Part shown: piece by piece, positions 12,803 through 24,422 of the stretch | Numbering within the stretch: position 1 is the first letter of the stretch | Layout: every line of letters starts with the position of its first letter | Assembly: GCA_951406725.2 (NCBI GenBank) | Contig: OX597817.1 | Coordinates: 63,116,001-63,180,000, forward strand | DNA: 64,000 bases | Reading direction: 5' to 3' | DNA from: Octopus vulgaris | Lineage: Eukaryota | Notes under the pieces: generated by a model | The model's database searches: none | Seen by the model: only the letters and a program-made list of their open reading frames with translations | Told to the model about the DNA's origin: nothing | Made by a program: the position numbers and the translations under genes

Positions 12803-13163
12803 CTAGCAGTATCGCCCAGCATTGCTCGGGTTAGTTTCGATCCATCAGAATTGGAATTTTTGAAAAGTAAAAATTTGGCATTATGTAGCTTGTTATTCTC
12901 TTTAAGTGAACATTTTTCTGGTTGAAATACACCGAAAAATGGCGACACAGCAGTCAAAAAGTCGTAAAATATAGGGATTTTCATAGAAAAAAAGCACTTT
13001 TTTTATGTAAATAATTTGTGGTGTTAACATGGTCCCATTTGAATTTTTCTTCTACGGAAGGAAGAGCAAGCCTTCTTTTACCATACTCTCAATTTTGGTC
13101 AACATGCGCCGCAGGGTCTCGGAGGAGATAGTGTTAGTTGAAGGCTACCAAACCTGCCATCAG

Positions 13164-13172
<9 letters not shown>
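12803..13172 (-). mobile_element. Non-autonomous Helitron
   Basis: Minus-strand 3' end cccgagcaatgctgggcgatactgCTAG-t (hairpin plus CTAG). Near-identical reverse complement of 36116-36503. Confidence 0.85.
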
Positions 13173-13215
<43 letters not shown>

Positions 13216-13599
13216 GTACTGTGTGTATAGGTGTGCGTTTATATACGTTTGAGTAAAGGAGATTAATGTTTGCTCAAAGATATTTCATGCCATGACAATC
13301 GCTGCAAGTTAAAAGAATCGATTTGTTTCGATAGAAAGATTCTAACTTTCTATCGTTCAATTTTCATAGTTATATTGATCAACGTTTGCAGCGAAATGAT
13401 CAAGAGTAGAGCACGAGTAAATTTTTAAAAATCAAAAAAAGGAAACAAACTTATATTAGTTTCTGAAATTTTTTTGTTTGTGTTTGAAAAAGAGAAAGTG
13501 AAAAAGAGATGAGTGAGAGAGAGACAGAGAGAGTAAGTGGAAGTTAATGAGAGAGAGAATGAGTGAGAGTGAGTGAGAGACTGAAAGAGGTCTAGTTTT

Positions 13600-13719
13600 A
13601 GCTATGTGTGTATATATATATATGTATATGTGTGTGTGTATATATATATATGTATATATGTATATATATATATATATATAATATATATATATATGTGTGT
13701 GTGTGTGTATATATACAAA

Positions 13720-13783
<64 letters not shown>

Positions 13784-13801
13784 CATATATGTATATATAT
13801 G

Positions 13802-13842
<41 letters not shown>

Positions 13843-14120
13843 GTATGTGTATATATATATATATATATATACATACACACATAAATATATGTATATATGT
13901 ATATCTATATATATACACACACATATATATATGTATGTATATGTATATAAATATATATACGCACACGTACATATACATATATTTGTGTTTGTATGTATAT
14001 TTATATATATACATATATATATCTATATATATGTATACACACACACACAAATGTATATATACATACATACATACATACATATCTGAATACATACACACAC
14101 TGTCACACAATCACACACAC
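13600..14120. repeat. Long imperfect (TA)/(TG)/(CA) microsatellite tract
   Basis: Directly visible. It is the source of many spurious YIYI ORFs. Confidence 0.95.
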
Positions 14121-14489
14121 TTTATACGTATGCTGGTACTTTTAGTTTCGGCTAGAAACCATAACATAACTGTAAACATCTCAATATCGATTTTTTCTCA
14201 AACTTTTTGTCAACTGAAAATTTACGATCTTATTTCATAACCGCTTTATTAATGTCATTTTTATTTTTAAATTTAAAAAAAAATCTATATATATTCTTTT
14301 CTTTTTGACCGTCTGAAGGCAGATATTGCCACAATTTATACAGAAATTCGTTTGATTCGCCTGTTTCATTTGTGCTCACAAATACGGATCAAACTTTCAG
14401 ACAGAGTTTTTCAACTTTATTTTATTTACATTTTATGGTTTTAAATATATATATTCGCCATGACAGATCGTTTGCCACTAAACCTTTTT

Positions 14490-14647
14490 TTTTTTCTCTC
14501 CCAGTTTATTTCTGTGTTCCTTTCTGTCGAAAAGCGTAGGCTCGAAACGTAAAAGACTTTCTCACATCCCGAGCGTTAAACTAATACATCTGTTTGTTGT
14601 TTACACACCCGTGTTCGTCTTTTTTCTTTCTTTTTTTTTGTAAATTC

Positions 14648-14650
<3 letters not shown>
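14490..14650 (+). mobile_element. Short PLE-like pLTR fragment (family P3) with minimal hammerhead-like motif
   Basis: cttt-CTGTCGA-a-aagc-gtag-gctc-GAAACGTA-aaag at 14520-14554. Ends in (TA)n. Confidence 0.55.
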
Positions 14651-14718
<68 letters not shown>

Positions 14719-14720
<2 letters not shown>

Positions 14721-15066
14721 AAGGATTGTTTCATTAAAATCATGTATCGCCTTGACCTTCGAAACGTGGAGTAGATGAAACAAAGGCGACTGAAGAAGGG
14801 GAATTTTCCTTGATTTGTATGCCCTGTACTCTATCTTTTCGTTGTTTAAGAAAAATGTCCATTTCCTTGGTTTTGTGTTTATGTTTTCGTTTCTCATTGT
14901 GTTCGACGTTTTTTTGGCGCCCTGTACCCATATATGCATGTATATATACATGTAGAGGTATATATACATGACTGTATATATGCATATGTATATATGCATA
15001 TGTATATATGCATATGTATATATACATGTATGTATATATGCATATGTTTTATTTATTTATTAATTT
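14719..15066 (+). mobile_element. Family P1 partial copy
   Basis: Homologous to 28012-28360 and lies between (TA)n tracts. Confidence 0.8.
14726..14801 (+). ncRNA. Candidate non-circularly permuted hammerhead ribozyme (best-preserved P1 copy)
   Basis: ucauGUA (14740-46), stem I ucgccuu (14747-53), ccuuc-GAAA-cgugg (14756-69), aaggcga (14783-89), CUGAAGA (14790-96), agggg. Stems I and III covary across copies. Confidence 0.6.
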
Positions 15067-15090
15067 ATATATATATATATATATATATAC

Positions 15091-15290
15091 TTTCTTCTGA
15101 ACGCACAAGCCCTGAAATTTTGGAGGAGATGGCTAATCGATCACAGTTCCCAACTGTTACGTAATTTATTGACTCCGAAAGGATGAGAGGTAAACTCGAC
15201 CTCAGCGGGTCTTTGACTCAACGTAAAGCCGGAAGATATGCCGCTAAGCATCTTGTCAGGCGTACTAACGATGATGTCAGCTTGCTGCCT
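15091..15290 (-). mobile_element. S2 SINE, degenerate
   Basis: Similar to 663-1060 (cacaagccctgaaatttt ... ccgaaaggatgagaggtaaactcgacctc). Confidence 0.7.
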
Positions 15291-15471
15291 TTTTTGCAGA
15301 GCTAATAATGAAATCAACATAAACCGGGGTAAATACAAAAGTAGATTTGGGCTTCCCGAGTAAGCGGAATGAATATGTTAATACTTGAAATCATTAAATA
15401 ATATGTTTAATAACCAGGTAACTTGTATATTTATTCTTAATACGTTCCAGCAGGTTCGAACGTCAATAAGC

Positions 15472-16520
15472 GAATCGCTGTTGTTTCGTCACATAATGTA
15501 AAGACTTCCGCCCGTCCCCCTCCCCATTTTCTCCTCAATTTTTTTTTGCCAAAAACCCCCGTTTTCGGATACGGAGGTTCCGGAAAATTGCCAAAAATCG
15601 GCATTGCTAAATTTCCTCCCTTTTCCTCCAAATTCTTCAATTTTGACTTTTTTCCCCAACACGAACCGTAACCCTACCCTAACCCTAAAACGCTAACCCT
15701 AACCCTAAAACCCTAACCCTAACCCTAACCCTAACCGTAAGTACAGAAATATTTTGACATTTTTGTCCGAATCATAATGTCAGTATTTTTCCGCACATTT
15801 AGAAAAAATAAATTCTTAAAAAGAATTTTATAAAAATTTTTGGAAAATTTTTTCAGAATCATAATCTCCGTATTTTTCCGCATATTTTGAAAAAAATTTT
15901 TTTGAAAATAGTAAAAAATGATGGAAATGCGGGTAGAATTTGGTAATTTAAAAATGCCGGTTTTTGCTTTCTTTTCTTTTTTTTTTTTTTGCAGATTCGT
16001 ATTCCCCGTAGCCGAAAAGGGAGGGTTACTCTTACTCTTTTACTCTTTTACTTGTTTCAGTCATTTGACTGCGGCCATGATGGAGCACCGCCTTTGGTTG
16101 AGCAACTCAACCCCGGGACTTATTCTTTTGTAAGCCCAGTACTTATTCTATCGGTCTCTTTTGCCGAACCGCTAAGTGACGGGGACGTAAACACACCAGC
16201 ATCGGTTGTCAAGCAATGCTAGGGGGACAAACTCAGACACACAAACATATACACACACATACATATATATATATATACATATATACGACAGGCTTCTTTC
16301 AGTTTCCGTCTACCAAATCCACTCACAAGGCATTGGTCGGCCAGGGGCTATAGTAGATGACACTTGCCCAAGATGCCACGCAGTGGGATTGAACCCGGAA
16401 CCATATGGTTGTAAGCAAGCTACTTACCACACAGCCACTCCTGCGCCTGTCGAAAAAAAATTTTTTTTAAGGGTGGCTTTGGGGGTGGGGGCGGAAGTGT
16501 TTCCATAACACACTCGATTC
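15472..16520. mobile_element. TIR element carrying internal telomeric (CCCTAA)n and a nested SINE
   Basis: Left end gaatcg...acttccgccc and right end gggcggaagt...cgattc. (CCCTAA)/(CCCTAAAA) repeats at 15665-15737. No clean TSD seen. Confidence 0.55.
16027..16448 (-). mobile_element. S1 SINE, full length
   Basis: High similarity to the other S1 copies, with a (tactctt)n tail. Confidence 0.9.
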
Positions 16521-17365
16521 ATTAGCGTAATAGACTCCAGCATCGTTGTGTCTCGTCAGCCGGCTGCTATGAACTATAAACACGTTACCCTTCTATAAAC
16601 GTTACAAATTCGTTGTGTCGTAAACAATCTTAATAGGAAAATATAAACCAACCCATAAATAATAATTCTTTCTAAGGTTGCAAGCTGGCAGAATCGTTAG
16701 CATGCCGGGCAAAAGGCTTAGCGGCATTTCGTTCTGAGTTCAAATTCGGTATCTTTTGTCAAACCGACAAGAAACTGAAAAATAAATTCAAAATAAAATT
16801 TAAAAGCTGAATATTTTGTTGGTACTTCTAGGAAGTCGAGCCTACCACCTTGTGGATAGTCCGTAAATTCGAAAAGTTAATTAGCCCTATCAAATCGCTA
16901 CTTTCACAGATTTATGACCTAAGCTAGATCTAAGCCGTCTCCTCCGTGACCATCCCGTCTTTGGAGCTATATTCTCTACTGAATCTTTTATTTTTAAGCT
17001 CTAGACTGATTCGAGTGATCTGAGGCTGCTGTTCCTAATATGTCGTGTGCGTTGGAGCTCCTCAGCTTAATTTTGTTTGGGCAGACTCGTGATAATAAAA
17101 CAACGATTCCTGCTCTGACCATCAGGAGCCACAATATCCAATACGTACAATTGTCGAGAAGTTAGTGCGCGAGATTTTTGAAGGAAATGTCACTGTTGTT
17201 TCTAGCAGTTAGAACAGGCATGTGAAGAAAGCTTTACATGTTGTTTGCCATAGGTCGGTCCAGATAGAGCAGTCATACATACATACATATGAATATATGC
17301 AAATGAACTCGCACACAGACATTTCATCTCGCTCTCTCTCTCTTACAGATAGATAGTTAGATAGT

Positions 17366-17448
<83 letters not shown>

Positions 17449-17524
17449 GATATTACTAAAGAGAAAGAACAAGAAGAGATAGAGAAGTATCGAGGAACCA
17501 CCTCAGATACACATGCATCTAGCG

Positions 17525-17559
<35 letters not shown>

Positions 17560-17565
<6 letters not shown>

Positions 17566-18030
17566 ACATATGCATATATACATACATATATGTACGTACC
17601 TACCTCTACATGTATATATACATGCATATATGGGTACAGGACACCAAAAAAACGCCGAACACAATGAGTAACGAAAACATAAACACAAAACCAAGGAACT
17701 AGACATTTTTCTTAAACAACGAAAAAATAGAGTACAGGACAAATAACACAAGGAAAATTCCCCTTCTTCCGCCGTTCTCAAAAATAGCGTTCATAACACT
17801 TTATCTCATCGGCTTAACAGCCCTTCTTGTCTTGTTATTCTCCTTGTCCTGTCTTTTACTGTTTATATTTTGTACTGTCGTTACTGTCCTGTTTTTGTTA
17901 CCATTTTTACCCCTCCGCAAAAAGATCTCAAATTTTATTTAATTTGCTTTTCGCGGGAAGGAAAGTTTCTATTGGAGAGGCGTATCGCCTTCACCTTCGA
18001 AACGCCATGTTATGGCGCGGTCACTGATGA
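17560..18030. mobile_element. Family P1 copy with internal inversion
   Basis: 17560-17780 matches P1 on the minus strand and 17810-18010 matches P1 on the plus strand. Confidence 0.75.
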
Positions 18031-18725
18031 AAAATTTCGCTTAACAAATTATCTTATTTGCTAAAAAAATTTAGAAACCTAAGTCCGACCGGAATAAAAT
18101 AAGGTAAAAGTTTTTATTTTTAGTTTCTTTTAAAGATTGCTCTTAAAATGTGGTTTTGGTCGTTTTAACTACTTCTTCTAGCGTGTAAAAACTACCTGTT
18201 GAAGGCAGTTTTCTCTTGTGTTTAAATGTACACTATTTTATATTGAATATATATATATATAATGTGTGTGTGAGTGTGTGTGTGTGTGTGTGTGTCCCGC
18301 TGTATGTGTATGTGTACAAGTGTGTGTGTGTGTGTTAATCATCCGCTACTGAAACAGAAACCGAAAGACAGAGACAGAGAAATGCTGTTAGTGAAAATAG
18401 ACAAGCAGTTGGAGATAAAATACAATAACAAAATAAAAGAGGCCGTTCGTGTAGCGAACATTTGTACGCAACTATAATTTAGCGTCGATAACGTCGCTTC
18501 ATAATGTTTTGTATCAGGATGTCAAAACCTCTATAAAAAGCAGCGAAAGTGTACAAAAAATACTAACCAATAAAATTAAAACAGTTGAGGAATAAAAATA
18601 ACAGCATAAAAATTAAATACATAAATAATTAAATGGCAGTGGAAAAGAAGCGCGCGAAGTAAAAGGAAAATATAAATGAACGGTAAACAAATGTCAAAAG
18701 TGATTCGTGTGTGTTTCCGTGTGTG

Positions 18726-18767
<42 letters not shown>

Positions 18768-18873
18768 CGTGCATCTGAGAGACAGAGATAGAGAGATGTG
18801 AGGTGTGTGCGTGTAAGTTTGTGAGTGTATGGCCGTATAAGTGCTATTGTCTTAAATCTTCCTCTCCCCCCTC

Positions 18874-18912
<39 letters not shown>

Positions 18913-18914
<2 letters not shown>

Positions 18915-19126
18915 CTAGTTTCAGCTCAGAGCTGCGGCCATGCTGATGCACCGCCGTCTTGTGCTACACTGTTATTACGACGAACCTCGTCTAATATGTG
19001 GCACTTGGTGAAGAATGGAGTTTGATATAGCTACTCTCATTTGCATCTCCTGCCGTGAGGTAGGTTCATCTGGGACTCTTGACAGGAAGATGTCCAGCTT
19101 TGATTTAAAAACCGCTACATCCACTT
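18913..19126 (-). mobile_element. 3' end of a CR1-group LINE, the probable partner of S1 SINEs
   Basis: 19125-18975 reads VDVAVFKSKLDIFLSRVPDEPTSRQEMQMRVAISNSILHQVPHIRRGSS*. The 3' UTR ggcggtgcatcagcatggccgcagctctgagctgaaac resembles the S1 tail. Confidence 0.75.
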
Positions 19127-19141
19127 TGTGCATATATATAT

Positions 19142-19667
19142 AATCAACTAATAAGGGTGAGAATATTGGATACTAATTTAATAGTACATCCATTTAACAC
19201 CAAGTGGCTTAGTTGGTGTTAAATGGATGTACTATTAAATTAGTATCCAATTTTCTCACCCTTATTAGTTGATTGTAATTATACTACATTTAATTTTTGA
19301 TGTAGTATGTTTCCGTGAATTTTGGCGGGCTGAGGCGGGGGCACTTGAATTATAACAGCGAATGCAACAGACTGAACCGCACGTGTGTTTATCGTTATGG
19401 TAAAATCTGGCGTGCGGTTGAGTAAATTGTATTCTGGACGGGTTCGGCTGAGGAGCTACAGATATGTTATGTGAGTAAAATTACATAATTTATTAATAGC
19501 GAAACAATTGTCCTGAACTAATCTGCATTTTTGTTATTTTTATTTGCCCTGTTCGTTTACGCTAGTAGTCGTGCTAACTTTCATCGGAAACAATTCTTCG
19601 TGGCTAAAACCTAGCGGATCTATTTTTAGTGCTAGAGTCGACCACATAGTGGTTACTCTCTTATATT

Positions 19668-19671
<4 letters not shown>
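19142..19671 (+). mobile_element. Non-autonomous Penelope-like element (family P2) with terminal foldback and an intact hammerhead
   Basis: Palindrome with 62-bp arms at 19142-19274 and a hammerhead at 19442-19518. The 3' end matches 46895-46950. Inserted in (TA)n. Confidence 0.75.
19442..19518 (+). ncRNA. Type I hammerhead ribozyme with canonical core
   Basis: guucgg-CUGAGGA-gcua...uagc-GAAAC-AAUU-GUC-cugaac. It has a 6-bp stem I, a 4-bp stem II with an inner hairpin, and the palindromic loop 3 typical of PLE hammerheads. Confidence 0.85.
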
Positions 19672-19726
<55 letters not shown>

Positions 19727-20068
19727 CGGAGATGTACTTGCATAGCAAGTGACTTAATCTGAGATCGTGTGCTGAAACATAAACTATTGCAGCGTGGAAG
19801 GTGTTTATAAGTCATTTAAAAACACTTTCCACGCTGCAATAGTTCTATATATGTATATTCCACAATATTTTTTTAATTTGTTCTGTCTCCTATTGCAATA
19901 TCATGCACACGTGCAAACATTAACACACAGATTTACACACATACACGCACGCGCACACACACACACATGCATACAATTTCCGTTTAGGTTCCACTTTCCT
20001 ATAAACTTTGCATCAGCATTATCCTTATACGAACTCAACTATTTGTCTGCCTTCTGTCTGTCTGTCTG

Positions 20069-20107
<39 letters not shown>

Positions 20108-20270
20108 ATTTCCCTCTCTCACACACCGTATTTACCGGTGTGTAAGTCTCACCGTATTTTACAAGGTTATTTTGAGGTCAAAATGTTTCATCATACACTC
20201 ATTGAAAGATATTTTTTTATGATTTTGTTGGAGAAATTTATAATTCTTTGCATGTAATACAATATCATGA

Positions 20271-21040
20271 TACAGATTTTTAAATAATTTTTTGTAACTA
20301 AACACTTTCAAACTTCGGACATCGGTAGAATGTGTCATATAAAACATCTTTTACTCTTAGCATTTTTGAGAAAAACTTATATTTTCGAAGTAATTTCACG
20401 TTACAGTAGTCCTCTTTCGGTAATTTCAACCACTCAATGACGTGTATTCAGCTGAAAAAATACTGCTGTTGTTTGTCAACAACAACTATCGGCGGTGTAT
20501 TTTTCGTTTCTCACTGTTAATTATGACATCGTTCGTGCGTTTGTACTAGTTTTCGGGTTAGGGTTTTAGGGTTAGGGTTAGGGTTAGGATTTTAGGGTTA
20601 GGGTTAGGGTTAGGGTTTTAGGGTTAGTTAGGGTTAGGGTTTTAGGGTTAGGGTTAGGGTTAGGGTTTTAGAGTTAGGGTTAGGGTTTCAGGGTTAGGGC
20701 TAGGGTTTTAGGGTTAGGGTTTTAGGGTTAGGGCTAGGGCTTTAGGGTTAGGGTTAGGGTTGTCATAAATAACAGTGGCAAACGAAATATACACCACCGG
20801 AAGTTCTTGTTGACACACAACAGCAGTAATTTTATTCAGCTAAATACACGTCATTGAGTTGTTGAAATTACTGAAATACGACAACTTTAACGTGAAATAA
20901 CTTCGTAAATATAAGTTTTTCTCAAAAATGCTAAGAGTAAAAGAAGTTTTATATGACACATTCTACCAGTGTCCGAAGTTTGAAAGTGTTTAATTTACAA
21001 AAAATTATTTTTTAAATCTGTTGGTCAAGAGGTAAAGATC
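20271..21040. mobile_element. Family M foldback MITE enclosing a telomeric array, left terminus lost
   Basis: Arms 20271-20528 and 20761-21021 are reverse complements. The right end is ...aaagatcc. It shares the ggtagaatgtgt motif with the copies at 10783 and 31414. Confidence 0.8.
20555..20760 (+). repeat. Interstitial telomeric repeat (TTAGGG)n with TTTTAGGG variants
   Basis: Directly visible, about 200 bp. Confidence 0.95.
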
Positions 21041-21302
21041 CATGCTGACAATTCATCAACTGATCGCTGTTTATTAACGCAATCTTTACATTGTATTATC
21101 GTAATTATTTCAGCAATTCTGGGTGCACATTTGTTCCTCTGTACGCTATACAGTCTAACGTGTTTTAATAGTGGACTATTTGAATTTGTAATTCACTGAG
21201 TTCCACTTTATATCATGGATTAGCCTAGACAAAGACATGCTATTAGCCCTAGCCTCCGACCGGAAGCTACAGTAGGAGTTATGCAATCTCTTCTAAAATT
21301 AT

Positions 21303-21447
21303 GTTCTGAGTTCAAATTCAGCTAAGGTCGACTTTGCCTTTCATTCTTTCGGCTCGATAAAATAAGTACCAGTTGAGTATTGCAGTCGACGTAATTGACT
21401 TATCCCCTCTCCAGTAATTGTTGGCCTTGTGTCAAAATTTGAAACCA
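21303..21447 (+). mobile_element. S2 SINE fragment
   Basis: ttctgagttcaaattc...ggtcgactttgcctttcattctttcgg...aagtaccag. Confidence 0.7.
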
Positions 21448-21699
21448 AAATTAATGTTCAAAATGTCGTTTGACAGTCTATATATTGATGAAATTACTAT
21501 TTTCAAGTTGCATTTTAATGGCACTGGGTATAAAACAACCTTTGTCAATAGGTGAGGATAGGTGATAGATGTAGCTTTTAATTGCTCTAGTTTTCGAAAA
21601 ATATTTTCACTTCTGTGCGATAACCATCAAATAACAAATATTTAGATTTCGTGATGGAAATGTTATTTTGATAGTCCCTATTATATTGAGGATGCTTAT

Positions 21700-21980
21700 T
21701 GTGGAGAATCATGTTCACAAAGTTATCATTAGTTTAGACATACAACATGCCACGAGTCATTACCGAAGACCACACTGACAAGAATTGAGAAAGGGAAGAG
21801 AGCAAGAGGCCGTCAAAAACGTTTGTGTGCAGATGACATCAAAGAATATACCGGGAACTAGAGCATGTTTGATTGTACGTATGTAACACAACATAGAGGT
21901 AATTGGAGAGTCTTAGCAAGCCGATCCTTGGACACGGGGTAGGGGACGTTTGCATCTGGTTGACGGCTGCTGATGATTAC
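21700..21980 (+). mobile_element. RTE LINE 3' remnant
   Basis: Reads GKRARGRQKRLCADDIKEYT...QHRGNWRVL, similar to the RTE C-terminal G.R.RGR...W.D.I motif. Short tgatgat tail. Confidence 0.6.
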
Positions 21981-22025
21981 TTTGAAAAAAATTACTTACG
22001 TGTAAGTTTTTATTTTATTTTATTT

Positions 22026-22440
22026 TAGGCGTAGGAGTGGCAGCTTGCTTACCAACCACATGGTTTCGGGTTCAGTCCCACTGTGTGGCACCTTGGGCAA
22101 GTGTCTTCTACTATGGCCTCGGGCCGACCAAAGCCTTGTGAGTGGATTTGGTAGACGGAAACTGAAAGAAGCCCGTCGTATATATGTATATATGTGTGTG
22201 TGTGTGTGTCTGTGTCTGTGTGTGTGTTTGTGTGTCTGTGTTTGTCCCCGCCCAACATCGCTTGACAACCGATGCTGGTGTGTTTACGTCCCCGTAACCT
22301 AGCGGTTCGGCAAAAGGGGCCGATAGAATAAGTACTAGGCTTACAAAGAGTAAGTCCTGGGGTCGATTTGCTCGATTAAAGGCGGTGCTCCAGCATGGCC
22401 ACAATCAAATGACTGACATATGTAAAAGAGTAAAAGAGTA
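22026..22440 (+). mobile_element. S1 SINE, near full length
   Basis: tRNA-like head, core, (TG)n and (aaaagagt)n tail. Confidence 0.9.
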
Positions 22441-24377
22441 ACCTGTCAGCAACACTATGTGATGCATTTAATGTTGTTAAATGGTAGGTAACAAGGAGAA
22501 GCATTAGTTCGTTTTTTGTTTAATGGCAATAACTAATAGTCTGAGAAGCACAGGCTTACAGAGAAATCTGAAAAAGGAACTATGACGCAATGACAGTTGC
22601 ATAGGTAAAGAGTATGTCGCCCGAAGCAGACCACGAGTTTGCTACCCCTTGACCCTGTTTCCCTTTGCTCCCCGCCTCCTGTACAACAGACCCAAAAGTG
22701 CGGCTCGCTTAAATTGATCCACTGGATCTAATTGTCTCTACCCCAAAGCTACGTTATTACGCAATATGTTACAACGGAATTATTTTTGTTCAACGTTAAT
22801 TATTCAGAAAATATTTATCTCAAGATGTTGACACTGAAGTGATGCTGTTTCTAATATATAACAATTTCTATAATTTAGTGCTTTCTCTCCTTGATAACTG
22901 ATATCGGTAAATAGAAAATAATTAAGTTTATTAACTGAAGGACCTATTGACATTTCTATAACTAAACTACTTAATCATCGATATTCACTATTTTTCTAAG
23001 AGAAATAAGCAGGTTATTTGTTATTAATTCATCCTTGCCTTTATTTTAGAGACGTTACTGCTATAGTTTATGATTATTTTCAAACTGTTAATCGACTAGA
23101 AATCTCATATCTTCGATTACGATTACTTATTTAGAATTAGTTGAACTGCATGTCTTCGGTATTGACATGATATATAACAATACTTTCAGAGAACATTTGA
23201 AAAATAATAGATAGACGTGTACTACACTTGTTGATAATGCATTTATGCTGTTACGGCAGGTTTAAATAATGGAGTATATATGTGCATGCGTGAGTGTTCG
23301 TGTGTGAGAGAGAAAGAGCGAGCTTGTATGCGCTTATGTATATATTTACGTACGTACGTATGTACGGTAAGTTTATGTATGTATGTGGGAACAAAAAAGA
23401 TACGCTTTGTCTTGCTGTGTCACAAGCTGCAGCGGATATGTCAGCCGAAGATCTTGGGCTTTTTAATGACCAGAGAAACATACAATAAAAACTGGTCCTA
23501 TCACTTGTAGGTTAGTCAAGACAACAACAGTAACAACAATAACAACAGATAATTGAACTTCTTTGATGCTTGTGCAACTAAGGTAGCCACGGTGGATGTC
23601 TATTGACAATGTCATTAACGGACTATTGTACCAACGTGTCAGGCTGGAAGTAATTTTGGTTTAACCTGTCTAGAGAACATGAATACGTTTATTCAGCTGA
23701 TCTATTGTCAATATGTTTAGGACAAAACAACAACAACAACACTAACTGTTTCTATTATTCGTCATGGTATATTATTGGAGAAGATTAAAGTGTGAATAAA
23801 AAAATAACAATTCAAATCAATACAGAATTATATAAGGTCACCGAATAACATTGTGAATATTATTGATTTTTGCCAGTTCAAAGATTGTTAAACATGGGGG
23901 GAAAACCGTTAAAGGATAAAAAAGAAAATGGTTCACTTTCTGACTATTTCGAATCCCAATCCATACTTTGGTTATGAATTAAGAACAGGAGAGAGAAGGG
24001 GAGAAGGAGGGAGAGAGAGAGAGAAAGAAAGAAAGAAAGAGAGACAGAGAGAGAGAGAGAGAGAACAGAATGCAAATTTCCTGGCGAGAAAAATATCCGT
24101 GAAATAAGTGTATATGGCTAATTGTACATCTGGGAACACAAACTTCGTTTAAGCTTACTAGATAAAGTTGGTGTATTTACAGTCAAATTGAGTATCTAAA
24201 TGGAGTTGAATGTCTGTCTTAAGTGATAAATCTTTGCAAATTGGATCGTGCTAAAATGTTTATTGAAAATGTTGGAACCAGCCATTCGTCTCGTAAAATA
24301 TTTTTGCGTCAGTAAAGATAAATAAAGTTAAAATAGCCATCATTGGTTTCTCTAAACGCAGGATCACACACACACAC

Positions 24378-24409
<32 letters not shown>

Positions 24410-24422
<13 letters not shown>

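Noticed and set aside
13456-14240. Long ORFs rich in [12 protein letters not shown], and the many similar ORFs elsewhere in the track
   Set aside because: They are translations of (TA)n, (CA)n and (GATA)n microsatellites that lack stop codons, not proteins.
20555-20760. True telomere or chromosome-fusion scar
   Set aside because: The array is short, in one orientation, and enclosed by MITE inverted arms.
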